This document shows, one piece after another, positions 35,601-45,656 of a DNA stretch of 64,000 nucleotides. The stretch's first letter is position 1; each line of letters opens with the position of its first letter. The translations under genes were made by a program, and so were the position numbers. The notes under the pieces are model-generated. The model saw nothing but the letters and a program-made list of their open reading frames with translations, was not told the origin of the DNA and did no database searches. Source of the DNA: Pseudomonadota bacterium (GTDB taxonomy: Bacteria > Bdellovibrionota_C > UBA2361 > SZUA-149 > DAOLCO01); the NCBI GenBank assembly GCA_027487795.1, contig JAIYCX010000013.1, positions 6,148 through 70,147 on the forward strand, in the 5' to 3' direction.

Positions 35601-38600
35601 ATGAGGTTTATTTTTAGTATCGAGTATCTTTGCAATTGCTCGGTAACGACCTGCGCCATTAGGAGTAAACTTACAGTCTAATTTATCTAAAGCTGTTAAT
35701 CCATCACAGGAACTTATTTTTTCCCATGAATTTATGTACTCATTTAAATAAGTATTTCCAGCTCCTTTTACCTTTGATACTTTTGTTACTTCTTTTTCAA
35801 TATTAATTAGAACCTTAACGTTATCTCTAGGCAATCCCTTTTCATCACTGACTATATAAGACAAAGCAGACTCTTTACCTGATTCAAAAACCCAGCTAGA
35901 ACTTTGCAAGCCTACAAACCTATCGACTCCTGCATAAGAAGCAGTGCTCTGTGTAGAGATAAATTTTCCTCTATCATCTTGAACTGAACTCTCTATTAAA
36001 ATATTTCCGTAATATATGCTTTCTGTAGGAATTTTGAATTTAGTAACTAACTCTCCTTTTGCATCTAATAATTCAGTTTTTTGGAATATTTCTTTTTGAT
36101 CAAATGTTCCCTGATAAGAACCAAAACTAAATTCTTTAGTTTTAGGATTAATTGGATTAAAACTTTTTGCATTTAGTTGAGCTACGACTCTTACATTTGA
36201 CTCTCCAAATGCTCCACCAGAATGAAGTTTAGCCTGAGTAGATACTTCAACGTTGTCATCTGGATGAAACAAATCTCCATTAACTTGATTAGTAACTTTA
36301 AAAGGAGAAGGAGTAAAATCACTTACTAAAACTTTCAGCGGATACCAAACTATCTTACCCTTATTTTCTTCACTTTCCTGAGAATAGGAGTCAGATTTAT
36401 TCAGAGCATAGTCTGAAGTAAGTTTATACTGATACCAACCAATAACAGCTTTACTAGGAATACTATACTCACCAGAATAAGACCCAAACTTATCAAGTGT
36501 TAAATTTTCTTGGTCAAATACCTTATTACCTAAGGGATCAATGATTTGTAACCTATATTTTTCTTTATTAGGTGAGACTAAAGTTCTATTATCCTGATCA
36601 CGAACATAAATTTTATACTGCATAACGTCACCTTGTCGGTATATTCCTTGAGCACTTACTCCCCAGGTCTTTATATGACCATGACGTTCTTTATTTTCAG
36701 GATAAACATTCTCACCAACAGATCTGTAAGAATCAATTAGAAAAGAAGGATGAATTGGAAGTAAGGCCATTTCATTATCTTTATCAACTCTAACAAAAAG
36801 TCTTAGATCTTGGTCTCTCCAACTTCTATCAAAATCTAAATTTGGATCTAATTTGTTAGTACCATCCAAAATAGCAATTCCATCGTTAGAAGTTAAACCA
36901 GTTGTTAAAACATCTTTAGGCGAACTTAACTCAGTAAGTTTATCTTTATAAATACTTACTCTCGCAGAACCAACTGGACCACCAGTTGCTAAGTCTGTAA
37001 CCCAAACTAATGTATTAAAATGTCCTAACTTAACGTGCACCTGATAAGGTGTTACTTCAGCAAAAAGTCTATGTTCACTTGGATACTTACTTACTAGCGG
37101 ATCAGTACTTAGAGTTCCAAAGATAGCACCACTTTTCTTAGAAAGTAATTCTCTAACTTTAAAAGGAACTGCAAATTGAATATTATCAACTTTTGGCACA
37201 TCGATAGTTAAGGCCTGATTGTGTTTACGTTCACTATTATTCAGTGAGACATAATTTAAATGTGCCTTCTTTATATTATTTACATAAAGCGGAACTTCGC
37301 TATCAGTTTGTTTTTCTAAAACGGCTTCATTATGAATGATTTCAAAATTTGGTTTTCTATTATCTGTTTTAAAAGTTATATTAACTGGATTTAAAAGAGG
37401 TCGATTAAACTCATCTAGAATACCTGTTGATTGTTGTTTAAATAATTTTAGTATCGGATTTAGATACTCAGATTTACTAGTAATGCTATACTTTGAATTA
37501 GCTTTTACTCCAGCTGGTAACCAAATATAATACATCTCGTCTTTCTCATGAGGATTTTCTAGACTTGTTATATTTCCGTCAGATTCTCCCCAAGGATCTG
37601 TTTCTGTATCTAGTCCTAATGGTGGGCTAAAAATTAAATTCTTTTTTAATACTTCTCTAGAAACTGGACTATTAAAAACCAAAGCCGCGCCTCTCATTGG
37701 ATTACATAAGCCTATCTGTTCGCCACTACCTGGAGCGATCAAAATCATCTCTGAATCATCTTCGTTTGTATAACATTTAATACCAAGAAAACTAAACTCA
37801 GGAAAAGTATGAAAAGAAACTACTTCCCTATCACCAATTCCTTTTTCTTTTCCAAGTGCAGACACTAAGCCTGGCTTAACTTTTACTAGAAATGCTGTAT
37901 TTAGAGGTAGATCATTTACCGGCTTAATTAACCAAACCTTCCTCGCTTCAATTCCGTTGATTGCTGTTAACTCCTCATTAACTTTTTTCTTTGGATCATT
38001 ACCATTCTTTACGATTAAATTTGTTCCAGGAATGGGAAGAAACACAGGTAACTCTTGATAGTAAGGATCTGGCTCTACTAAAATATCAAATTTTTTATTC
38101 TGATCTTCTTCAAATACTATTTGAATACTTTCTTTTACTGAGTCCTTTGTTACTGCCTGATTAAAATTTAAACTTATATTAGCTGTTGAAGGTGATAGCC
38201 ATTTTCTGTGACTTGCATAATCTACATCCGGGCGCTTAGTTGTAAATTGATGTTTGTGGGAATTTGTAATTGTAACTCCATCTTCAGCCTTAATACCAGG
38301 TGCAACAATTATCTTATATGAAGTAGCTGCCTTAAGTTGACTCTTTTCATCTAAGTTGCATGACAAAGCAGATGTATTGAGCCATCTCCATTCACACGCC
38401 AACTCTGGTTCTATCTTAATAGGCACATCTTCTTTTTTACGCTCCATTTGTCCTAATGGAACGACAGCGCGATTAAATTGAAATACGATCTGTCTTCCTA
38501 CCGGCACATCCGCACCATCAGGAGTAATTCTCAAAATCTTTAACTCTTTCGCCTTGGAAAGATCTTCGGGTAGTGCAAACGAATTATCTGAGAAAATGAT

Positions 38601-38645
38601 AGTAATTAGGATAAGGCGAAAAAAGAAAGCGAATAGATTCGTCAT
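32655..38645 (-). CDS. Bacterial alpha-2-macroglobulin
   Basis: 1996 aa; thioester motif YPYACWEQ; FEVPDNLTGFRV; paired with pbpC. Confidence 0.92.
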   Translation of the reverse strand: MTNLFAFFFRLILITIIFSDNSFALPEDLSKAKELKILRITPDGADVPVGRQIVFQFNRAVVPLGQMERKKEDVPIKIEPELACEWRWLNTSALSCNLDEKSQLKAATSYKIIVAPGIKAEDGVTITNSHKHQFTTKRPDVDYASHRKWLSPSTANISLNFNQAVTKDSVKESIQIVFEEDQNKKFDILVEPDPYYQELPVFLPIPGTNLIVKNGNDPKKKVNEELTAINGIEARKVWLIKPVNDLPLNTAFLVKVKPGLVSALGKEKGIGDREVVSFHTFPEFSFLGIKCYTNEDDSEMILIAPGSGEQIGLCNPMRGAALVFNSPVSREVLKKNLIFSPPLGLDTETDPWGESDGNITSLENPHEKDEMYYIWLPAGVKANSKYSITSKSEYLNPILKLFKQQSTGILDEFNRPLLNPVNITFKTDNRKPNFEIIHNEAVLEKQTDSEVPLYVNNIKKAHLNYVSLNNSERKHNQALTIDVPKVDNIQFAVPFKVRELLSKKSGAIFGTLSTDPLVSKYPSEHRLFAEVTPYQVHVKLGHFNTLVWVTDLATGGPVGSARVSIYKDKLTELSSPKDVLTTGLTSNDGIAILDGTNKLDPNLDFDRSWRDQDLRLFVRVDKDNEMALLPIHPSFLIDSYRSVGENVYPENKERHGHIKTWGVSAQGIYRQGDVMQYKIYVRDQDNRTLVSPNKEKYRLQIIDPLGNKVFDQENLTLDKFGSYSGEYSIPSKAVIGWYQYKLTSDYALNKSDSYSQESEENKGKIVWYPLKVLVSDFTPSPFKVTNQVNGDLFHPDDNVEVSTQAKLHSGGAFGESNVRVVAQLNAKSFNPINPKTKEFSFGSYQGTFDQKEIFQKTELLDAKGELVTKFKIPTESIYYGNILIESSVQDDRGKFISTQSTASYAGVDRFVGLQSSSWVFESGKESALSYIVSDEKGLPRDNVKVLINIEKEVTKVSKVKGAGNTYLNEYINSWEKISSCDGLTALDKLDCKFTPNGAGRYRAIAKILDTKNKPHETEFFFYVAGSDYVEWSNGNDSSLEIIPEKTNYKVGETAKYLIKNPYQKSEALITIERYGVIDQFVKKLDSSTPIIEFEIKPDYLPGFYFSALVFSPRVPSTAKSPEEEREQLKNQIDLGKPSFKIGYSSAVVKDPFKEILVEAKADKEIYKPREKVKVRLNAKVKNPNKEEPISYAVTVLDESVLDLISGGKNKFDPYQGFYSIEGLDLRNYSLITRLIGRQLFEKKGANPGGDGGSDLAMRNIFKYVSYWNPNIEADASGNAEFEFEVPDNLTGFRVLAMAVTPTDRLGLGETNFKVNRPTEIRPAMPNQVNEGDKFQAAFTVMNRTDKKRDLKVNFSLSGEADFVNFEEKKEQIISLEPYKRSLVSFEVKAKLLKEIRNDKIDKIVFKVSAQDSFDGDLVEHEIPVLKLRSLETAAQYSSTVDQSSEVSIKVPTDIFTDVGSLSASLSPTIIGNIEGAFKYMRDYPYACWEQRLTKGVMASHYVNLKSYLPESLTWDSAKEVTASSIIDARNFQAPNGGMSYYIPSDIYVDPYLSAYTALAFNWLEEANYKIPTDVKDKLHQYLLNLIRENIMPDFYSKGMASTVRAVALAALSKAKKIDISDIERYRSHVPQMSLLGKAYFAAASASLNDGNRHTLEVLNLILAHSSESSGKTSFNEELDDSYSRILSTPLRENCAILSVLLGLEKSVELKNQIGELPSKLVRMITQSRKNRDHWENTQENMFCMNSIVDYAKEYEKVVPSMTGSVSFDSQEFGKFKFASVKDEAQTFIRPIIQEDLGVSKKLEVKKIGDGRLYYQAKLQYAPKKQFTELVNSGIEIRREYSVERNGKWELLSTPMNLKKSEIVRVDLFLSLPTARNFVVVNDPVPGSFEPINSDLATSSVLDASKGNYVASGGSWYLKFNDWISYNFSRWSFYHKEVGHSAVRFYSDYLSAGNYHLSYTAQVIAEGEFSVSPAIAEEMYDADIYGKTTKEEVKVLH

Positions 38646-38789
38646 AGATTATTTGGAACTAAGGAAGAAGTTTTACTAGACCCTAATATAGCGAAGTCCA
38701 AAATGTAAAGGCAAGGGAAGATTATGATAAATATAGCAAAACATGAATTAAATTAAGTGGTTCTAAAATTAGTCCAAATAAAATAGCCC

Positions 38790-38838
38790 TATCCTCAGAG
38801 CGTATATCAAAAGCTAAGTTTAAAGTACTTAAAGTAAC
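38790..38838 (+). repeat. TATCCTCAGAGC repeat family copy
   Basis: TATCCTCAGAGCGTATATCAAAAGCTAAGTTTAAAGTACTTAAAG closely matches the 30347 copy. Confidence 0.7.
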
Positions 38839-38854
38839 TACACTCTAATTAGAT

Positions 38855-40084
38855 CTAATCTAAATTTTCTTCTAAATAATCTAAATCTAAGTGAAATGAC
38901 TCCGATAACTTTGTTAATCCTAGAAAAGCAATAATCAAAGTTACAACTCCTACAAAGATAGCACTATGATATGCGTCAAAACCTGAAGTCTCAAAATATA
39001 CAAAGCTACTTACCATTGGAATAGTAGTGGCTCTTACAAAATTAGGAACACTAGTAGCTACTGTTGATCTTAAATTAGTTCCGAATTGTTCTGCAGCAGT
39101 GGTAACAAAAACTACCCAATAACCAACAAAAAATCCAAGAGGAACACATAATGCATAAAACTGAAAACTACTTTTCAAAGGATAAAAGAAAAGAATCCCT
39201 AAAGTAATCGTTTCTCCAACTAAAAAATAAAATATTGCTTTTTTCCTACTTTGGAGCCATTGACTAAATAATCCACAAACCAAATCTCCAATAGTTAGAC
39301 CGACGTAGCACCACATAAGCGCATCAGAGGCTAGAAGAGGTTCACTTATAGATAAAGAAATACCGATTTCACTACAAAATGTCATTAAAACACCTACTAA
39401 AAACCAAGTTGGTGTTGCAATAGCAATACAAGATAAATATCTTAAGAATCTATCAGTAGACTTAAACAATAACCTAACGTCACCTTTCTTCACTTTTATA
39501 TTATCATTTGTTGTTTTAAAGATAGCAGATTCACTTACTCCAAATCTCAGGAACATAAGTAATAATCCCATAACACCACCAATCATATAAGTAGTGCGCC
39601 AATCAAAAATTTTGCCAACTAATCCCGCTGCGACCACTCCCGAGACACCAATTGTAGCTATAATAGTAGTACCTAACCCTCTTTTATCTTTTGGCAGTAG
39701 TTCTGCTACTAGCGTGATACCACCACCCAATTCACCAGCTAGACCAACTCCTGCCAAAAAACGTAAAATTGCATACTGTGTAGTATCAACAATAAAAGCA
39801 TTTAAAAAAGTAGTTACCGAATAAAGAAAAATAGAACCAAAAAGCACCTTTATTCTACCAATGCGATCTCCTAAAATCCCCCAAAACAAACCGCCTAATA
39901 GCATCCCCCACATTTGACAACTAATTAGCCATTTTCCTGCATGCAATAAATCATCACCGCTCAGTCCTAGATCAGTCAAACTAGAAACTCTCAAAATACT
40001 AAAAAGTAAAAGATCAAAGGCATCAACAAAGTAACCAAGTGCCGCAACCAAAACTGCTAATTTAACTTTTAATGGAATATTCAA
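38855..40084 (-). CDS. MFS transporter
   Basis: GYFVDAFDL, GDRIGRIK, GLAGELGGGITLVAE motifs; about 12 TM segments. Confidence 0.9.
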   Translation of the reverse strand: MNIPLKVKLAVLVAALGYFVDAFDLLLFSILRVSSLTDLGLSGDDLLHAGKWLISCQMWGMLLGGLFWGILGDRIGRIKVLFGSIFLYSVTTFLNAFIVDTTQYAILRFLAGVGLAGELGGGITLVAELLPKDKRGLGTTIIATIGVSGVVAAGLVGKIFDWRTTYMIGGVMGLLLMFLRFGVSESAIFKTTNDNIKVKKGDVRLLFKSTDRFLRYLSCIAIATPTWFLVGVLMTFCSEIGISLSISEPLLASDALMWCYVGLTIGDLVCGLFSQWLQSRKKAIFYFLVGETITLGILFFYPLKSSFQFYALCVPLGFFVGYWVVFVTTAAEQFGTNLRSTVATSVPNFVRATTIPMVSSFVYFETSGFDAYHSAIFVGVVTLIIAFLGLTKLSESFHLDLDYLEENLD

Positions 40085-40103
40085 TTAAATCCTTAATTTG
40101 CAT

Positions 40104-41391
40104 TATCCTCAGAGCATATAACTAAGACTTGGTTTAATTCAATTAAACCAAATTCTAAATATCTCCTTACCTAACATATTAAAACAATAAAAATGAAAAA
40201 ACCTCAGAAAAAAAACGATAATACTATGTATTAATAAACACTGAAATCACATGAAGATGTCCCAGCCATTAAGAGTAGAATACCCAAAAGGCGTGAGCTC
40301 TTTCTTAACAAGGAGAATACGAAACTCTCAATTAGTTTACGTAAACAACTCAAAACTTGAAAATAGAGTCTTGGGATCACTAGGAAAATATTTATCAAAG
40401 TACGATGCAAGTATTTATGCATATACTATATTTGGAAGTCATGATCATGCTTTAATGAACTTCAAATCAGGAAAAAAATCAAATTTCTTTAGAGATTTTG
40501 GAGCTAGAACCGCTGAAGCAATTAAGAAATATGTTCCAAACTTTGGTACTGGATCTACTTTTGAAAAAAGGCCTTCCGAGCAAGCTATTACAAAAGACAA
40601 AGAAAGCCATCTTGATAGATTAATGTATACAGTGCTTCAACCAATAGCAGCAGGTCTATGTAAAAATCTCTCTGATTATCCCGGATTTAATTCTTTTAAA
40701 TATATTCTAAGCGGTAAGCCTTTAGAGGTTGAATTCTTTAATGGCTCAGAATACAGAAAAGCAAAACGAAGGAATAAAAATACAGATCCGGCTTTATTTA
40801 TTGAAAAGTATAAAATAAATTTTGAAAGACTCCCAGGTTATGAAAACCTAAGCCAGAAACAGTATCGAGCATTTTTGATGTCAGAATACGAAAGGAGAAG
40901 AGCTATCATTATTGAAGAATTTGATAACAATGGTCATGTTTGGCCTGCTGTAGAAAGCCTAAAACATACCTGCTCTAATGATTTCGCAAAAAATCCTAAA
41001 CGAAGTGAAAGATATTCTAAAAGACCATTAGTTTTTAGTCTATGCAAGGAAGCAAAACATGAACTGCTCAAATGGTATTTAAATAAAATAGTAGAATATA
41101 AAAAGGCATCAATTTCTTATCTTGCTGGAAATGGTAATGTAATATTCCCTTGTGGCACCTGCAAGCCTCCCGGTCCTTGGGTTGTTGCTTAAATTAGTAA
41201 ACTTTTATTTCTTTTTTCACTTCCTTATAAAACAACTTGTATAGTCTTGATCAAAATAGAAGTTTTGACTAATAATAGATAAAAATCTAGTTGATACAAC
41301 TTTGTAAAATTACTAAAACTATAATTTTTACATTCATGAAGTATATTCGACTACTGGTTTTTAATTAAATTTTTACTATGCTCTGAGGATA
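40104..41391. mobile_element. Y1-transposase unit bounded by 15-bp inverted repeats
   Basis: TATCCTCAGAGCATA at 40104-40118 and its exact reverse complement at 41377-41391. Confidence 0.6.
40251..41192 (+). CDS. Y1/HUH transposase (RAYT/IS200-like)
   Basis: FLTRR, GSHDH (HUH-like), LMYTVLQPIAAGL (Y..NP..AGL-like), C-terminal FP.GT. Confidence 0.75.
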   Translation: MKMSQPLRVEYPKGVSSFLTRRIRNSQLVYVNNSKLENRVLGSLGKYLSKYDASIYAYTIFGSHDHALMNFKSGKKSNFFRDFGARTAEAIKKYVPNFGTGSTFEKRPSEQAITKDKESHLDRLMYTVLQPIAAGLCKNLSDYPGFNSFKYILSGKPLEVEFFNGSEYRKAKRRNKNTDPALFIEKYKINFERLPGYENLSQKQYRAFLMSEYERRRAIIIEEFDNNGHVWPAVESLKHTCSNDFAKNPKRSERYSKRPLVFSLCKEAKHELLKWYLNKIVEYKKASISYLAGNGNVIFPCGTCKPPGPWVVA

Positions 41392-41412
41392 GTAAATTAT
41401 TCGGATAGTTAA

Positions 41413-42762
41413 TCATTCATAAAAAATCACCTCCTGTACCTTGGCACCATCTCCTGGACTAAGAGAAAAGTATAAAGAATATTTCTCATAAACTAAACGA
41501 GCAGCTAATCCAGGTTCTGAAATTTGCAAAACCTCCTTACTTGTTTCGCTTTTACTTAATGTAATCAATTTATTTTTGAAACTTTCCAGATCATTATCCA
41601 AAAAGAAATTTGAAGAAAAAATTTTATCTAAATTTTCAAAATTTAAAGTTTTTATAATTTGATTTAGCTCTTCTGAGCGATTTTTAACTATTGGAAGAAA
41701 CTCACGCTTTTCGGACACGATATTGTCATAAACTTTATCAACTACCTCCCCACACAGCTTAGATCCTGTAAAATAAGTATTATTTGATAAAAATATAACC
41801 CCAACTCTCCCACTCTTGCTCCAACGGAAATGACTTCCAAACCCTGGCAGACCTCCAGAATGACCTATTTTTACTTCTCCATTTGCATCATCTACTCCAA
41901 GGCCAAATGCATACTTACTCTGAATAGAAGAAAAACCATAACTCTTAATAATTGGGAAATTTATAGCCGGAGTTTGCAACTCGAGCCTAGATTCTCTTGA
42001 TAATATTTTATCAAAATCTTCATTCGACTCATGAAATGCAGACTGAAGAAAATTAATCCAAATCGCAAGATCGCCTATATTACTGACCAAGCCCCCAAAC
42101 ATTCCAGCAAAACCTTTGACCGTACCCGCTGATATTTGGCCGATAGTGTCTTCTGGACCAAAACCTAAAAGATAATCATCACTTTCCTTTATCCAATTCG
42201 TCGAACCCATCCCAAGTGGTATAATTAAATTATTCAATATATAACTTAGAGAACTCTCGCCACTAGCCTTCTCTATAATAATCCCGAGTAAGATATATCC
42301 TAAATTAGAATAATTAAATGATTCCCCAGGTGCAGAAGCAAAATAAATTTCTTGCTCTAAGAGATTAAGCAACTCTTGATCTTTCAGCCCTAACAATGTA
42401 TCTCCCCATGGATTATCATAAGGCAATCCAGAATTCATAGTCAGCAAATGTCTGATAGTGATTCCTGTCCAGGGTGATTTATTAAATAAAGGAACATAAC
42501 GACTAATCTCATCATCCAATCTCAAATAACTGTTATCTCTGAGCTTTAAAATAGCAGCTGCACAAAAAACCTTAGTCATTGACGCTATCGGATAACGTAA
42601 TTTTATTATTTCAGCAGACTCAATCTTCGGCAAACTAAAGGTCTCGACAATCTGCCCCTCCGTTAACAAAGCGGCCACATGCTGGCCATTTTTTTGCAGT
42701 GAGCACAGCTCAGATAAGCTACTCTGAAATATCTTTGAATTAAGCTTAGCTAGCAAACTCAT
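41413..42762 (-). CDS. Serine hydrolase, beta-lactamase class C-like family
   Basis: SMTK, YSN and HSG motifs; no signal peptide evident. Confidence 0.85.
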   Translation of the reverse strand: MSLLAKLNSKIFQSSLSELCSLQKNGQHVAALLTEGQIVETFSLPKIESAEIIKLRYPIASMTKVFCAAAILKLRDNSYLRLDDEISRYVPLFNKSPWTGITIRHLLTMNSGLPYDNPWGDTLLGLKDQELLNLLEQEIYFASAPGESFNYSNLGYILLGIIIEKASGESSLSYILNNLIIPLGMGSTNWIKESDDYLLGFGPEDTIGQISAGTVKGFAGMFGGLVSNIGDLAIWINFLQSAFHESNEDFDKILSRESRLELQTPAINFPIIKSYGFSSIQSKYAFGLGVDDANGEVKIGHSGGLPGFGSHFRWSKSGRVGVIFLSNNTYFTGSKLCGEVVDKVYDNIVSEKREFLPIVKNRSEELNQIIKTLNFENLDKIFSSNFFLDNDLESFKNKLITLSKSETSKEVLQISEPGLAARLVYEKYSLYFSLSPGDGAKVQEVIFYE

Positions 42763-42908
42763 GTTTCGATAATTTTATGTAAATTTAATAAACTATGACC
42801 TAATAAAGCCCAGAAAACCACTACTTGCAATTTCCTAAATTTCAAATCCATAGTAAGAGTTCTTATCTAGTTATTAGTATACTTTTCACCATAATACTCA
42901 GGAAACTT

Positions 42909-43502
42909 ATGAAATTAAATTATAAAATTGCGCTAACTTCACTTTTATCACTTGCTCTGTCCAATACAGCTTATGCTGAAGACCTCTCGGCAATTCTTAA
43001 AAAAGTAGAACAACTTTCAACAGAAGGTAATTACAGTAAAGCTCTTGAAGAATTAAGCTGGGCAAAAAAAGAGCTCGAAGGTCAATACTTAAAAAAACTT
43101 GTTACATTCCTACCTGATACATTAAATGGCTTCACAGGCGAGAAACCAGAATCTAGTTCAGCGATGGGCTTTACTACAACTAGTAGAGTTTACAAGAGCG
43201 GGGAGAATACTGCTAAAGTTGAAATCAATGGTGGCGCAGGTGCAGGAGCACAGGGTGGAATGGGTGGTCTTGCAGCTTTAGGACAAATGGCGGCACTAAT
43301 GGGACAACAATCTGGTCAAACGGCGATGAGAATAAATGGCAGAACTGCTAATCTTCAAGATGACTCAGGCGAACTTACTATCTTTCTAAATGGTGGCACT
43401 ATGCTAGCTATAAAACAAGAATCCGGAAAAGTAGATCTTAAAGCAATGGCCGAAGCTATCAACATGGATGCGATAGAAAAATATCTTTCAGGAAGCAAAT
43501 AA
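42909..43502 (+). CDS. Exported hypothetical protein
   Basis: Signal peptide from ATG 42909 (MKLNYKIALTSLLSLALSNTAYA). Confidence 0.65.
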   Translation: MKLNYKIALTSLLSLALSNTAYAEDLSAILKKVEQLSTEGNYSKALEELSWAKKELEGQYLKKLVTFLPDTLNGFTGEKPESSSAMGFTTTSRVYKSGENTAKVEINGGAGAGAQGGMGGLAALGQMAALMGQQSGQTAMRINGRTANLQDDSGELTIFLNGGTMLAIKQESGKVDLKAMAEAINMDAIEKYLSGSK

Positions 43503-43554
43503 ACCTCCTGATAAATAAACGCAGCAAATAAAAACCCATCAGCCTCCTTTCATA

Positions 43555-44616
43555 ATGCTAGTAGTAACTCAGGCCACAAAAGACGATTCGGACTGCTGGC
43601 AACAATTCATAACAAGGAAAGGGGCTGATCATTATAGCTACGACTGGAGATGGAGAGCTATAATAAAAAATGTATTCAAACATGAGCCATTTTTTTTGAT
43701 TGCAAAAGAGGGCGAAGAAGTAGTTGGAATTCTCCCTCTTTTCCTTGTTAAAAGTTTTTTATTTGGCAAAGCTCTGATCTCCATTCCCTACATGAACGGT
43801 GGCGGACTTTTAAGTGACAATGATCGTGTCACACACTTACTTATTAAAGAAGCTAATAAACTTTCTAATCTACTTGATGTAAAATATACCGAGTTCAGAT
43901 TGCGTGCCCCACTCAGCGATAAAATAAAAGAAGATACCACACTAGATCACAAATCACATAAAGTCGCGATGATTTTAAAACTTGAACGTGATCCTGAAAT
44001 TCTTTTTCAAAAGTTTTCCCCAAAACTAAGAAGTCAAATTAGAAAGCCAACAAAAGATGGCTTTGTAGCGGAATCAGAAAAAGGCCAAGATATTTCAGAC
44101 AAGTCCATACAAGATTTCTACCAAGTTTTTTCTCAAACTATGAAAACACTTGGTACTCCAGTTTATCCTCAAAATTTATTCAGAGAAACTATCCGAGCAT
44201 TCGGAGATAGAGCTAGATTAACAGTTGTAAGAATCGGCGGACTCCCTGTTGCTGGAGGGATAACAATAGGAACGACTTCAGGCGTTGAAATTCCTTGGGC
44301 CGCGTCTCTTAGAAAATATAGTAAATCAGCACCTAATATGCTTCTCTACTGGGAGACTATTAAAAACTGCTGCTTCGATGGATACAGTACTTTCGATTTC
44401 GGCCGATCTAGTATTGATAGTGGTACTTTCAAATTTAAAAGTCAGTGGGGATCTGAACCTCTACCACTACACTGGTACTATTTAGTGCGGAAAGGTGAAA
44501 TGCCAGAAATTAATCCAGATAATGAAAAATTTTCTCTAGCTGTTAAAGTCTGGAAGAAACTCCCATTATTCGCATCTAAGATAATTGGCCCTTACCTAAC
44601 TAGAAGTTTACCTTAA
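43555..44616 (+). CDS. FemAB-related GNAT protein (PEP-CTERM/EPS-associated type)
   Basis: LISIPYMNGGG, LRSQIRK, LGTPVY, PNMLLYW, FDFGRS...FK.QWG. Confidence 0.85.
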   Translation: MLVVTQATKDDSDCWQQFITRKGADHYSYDWRWRAIIKNVFKHEPFFLIAKEGEEVVGILPLFLVKSFLFGKALISIPYMNGGGLLSDNDRVTHLLIKEANKLSNLLDVKYTEFRLRAPLSDKIKEDTTLDHKSHKVAMILKLERDPEILFQKFSPKLRSQIRKPTKDGFVAESEKGQDISDKSIQDFYQVFSQTMKTLGTPVYPQNLFRETIRAFGDRARLTVVRIGGLPVAGGITIGTTSGVEIPWAASLRKYSKSAPNMLLYWETIKNCCFDGYSTFDFGRSSIDSGTFKFKSQWGSEPLPLHWYYLVRKGEMPEINPDNEKFSLAVKVWKKLPLFASKIIGPYLTRSLP

Positions 44617-44627
44617 TTTTTATTGCT

Positions 44628-45656
44628 GTGGAAACAAAAGAAAAAATTCTAGTATTAGACAGCAAAACAAATAGCGGAAGAGCTGTAATAAAATCTCTAA
44701 AAAAAGCCAACTACGATATTACCGAACTGAACTTAGACAAAGACGAAAAATATTCTGAGCTCATACTAAAATTTCTAATAGAAAAAAAAGATCAAAATAT
44801 ACACTTTCATATTATTATTCCATGTACTGATGAAAGCTTAATTCCATTACTCGATAAAGAAACAGAAATTAGAGCACTAACTAAATTCCCGTTTCCTAAT
44901 AAAGAAAATATTTTAAAATCTCAGAATAAACTTGAATTACTTACTCTAGGCGGTCAAATAGGTTTACTAACACCAAAATCTGTAGACATAATATTCAATA
45001 ACGATCAAAATTTATTTAAACAACGGCTCAGTGAGTTATCAAAATTGAACTTCCCTATAATTTTAAAACCTAAAAGAAGTGTTCAAAATTGCTCTTTTGG
45101 AAATAACTTTAAACCTGAAAGATTTATAATTAATAATAAAGAAAGATTAGAAGAAGTTTTTAATAAATTAAATTCTAGTAATACCGAATACATCGCACAA
45201 CCATACATAACAGGTCATGGCATAGGTTACTTTTCTTTATTCCGAGACGGCAAATCAGTTCTTGATTTTGCACATCGTAGAATCCTAGAAAAGCCTCCAG
45301 AAGGTGGAGTCAGCGTACTATGCAGTTCATTACAAGCAGATTCAGAAATTCTAAAAAAAGTTCATGCATTACTTGTTTTGTTAGAATGGGAAGGTGTGGC
45401 AATGTTAGAATTTCGAGCTGACGAAAATGGAAATTTATACTTAATGGAGATAAATCCAAGATTCTGGGGATCACTGCAATTAGCTATTAATTGTGGATAT
45501 GATTTTCCTCTTTATTTAGTTAATGAGAAAATAATCCCAGTTGATTCTCAATTTAAAAGTGGATTTTACATTTGGCCAAGGGGGCTACTTGATTATTTTT
45601 TAATTAAGCTTAAAAGACTGGTATCAAAATATTTTGCTAGTAGGATTACAATTTGA
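44628..45656 (+). CDS. ATP-grasp domain protein
   Basis: PIILKP, QPYITG, EKPPEGGVS, MLEF...LMEINPRFWGSL. Confidence 0.85.
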   Translation: METKEKILVLDSKTNSGRAVIKSLKKANYDITELNLDKDEKYSELILKFLIEKKDQNIHFHIIIPCTDESLIPLLDKETEIRALTKFPFPNKENILKSQNKLELLTLGGQIGLLTPKSVDIIFNNDQNLFKQRLSELSKLNFPIILKPKRSVQNCSFGNNFKPERFIINNKERLEEVFNKLNSSNTEYIAQPYITGHGIGYFSLFRDGKSVLDFAHRRILEKPPEGGVSVLCSSLQADSEILKKVHALLVLLEWEGVAMLEFRADENGNLYLMEINPRFWGSLQLAINCGYDFPLYLVNEKIIPVDSQFKSGFYIWPRGLLDYFLIKLKRLVSKYFASRITI

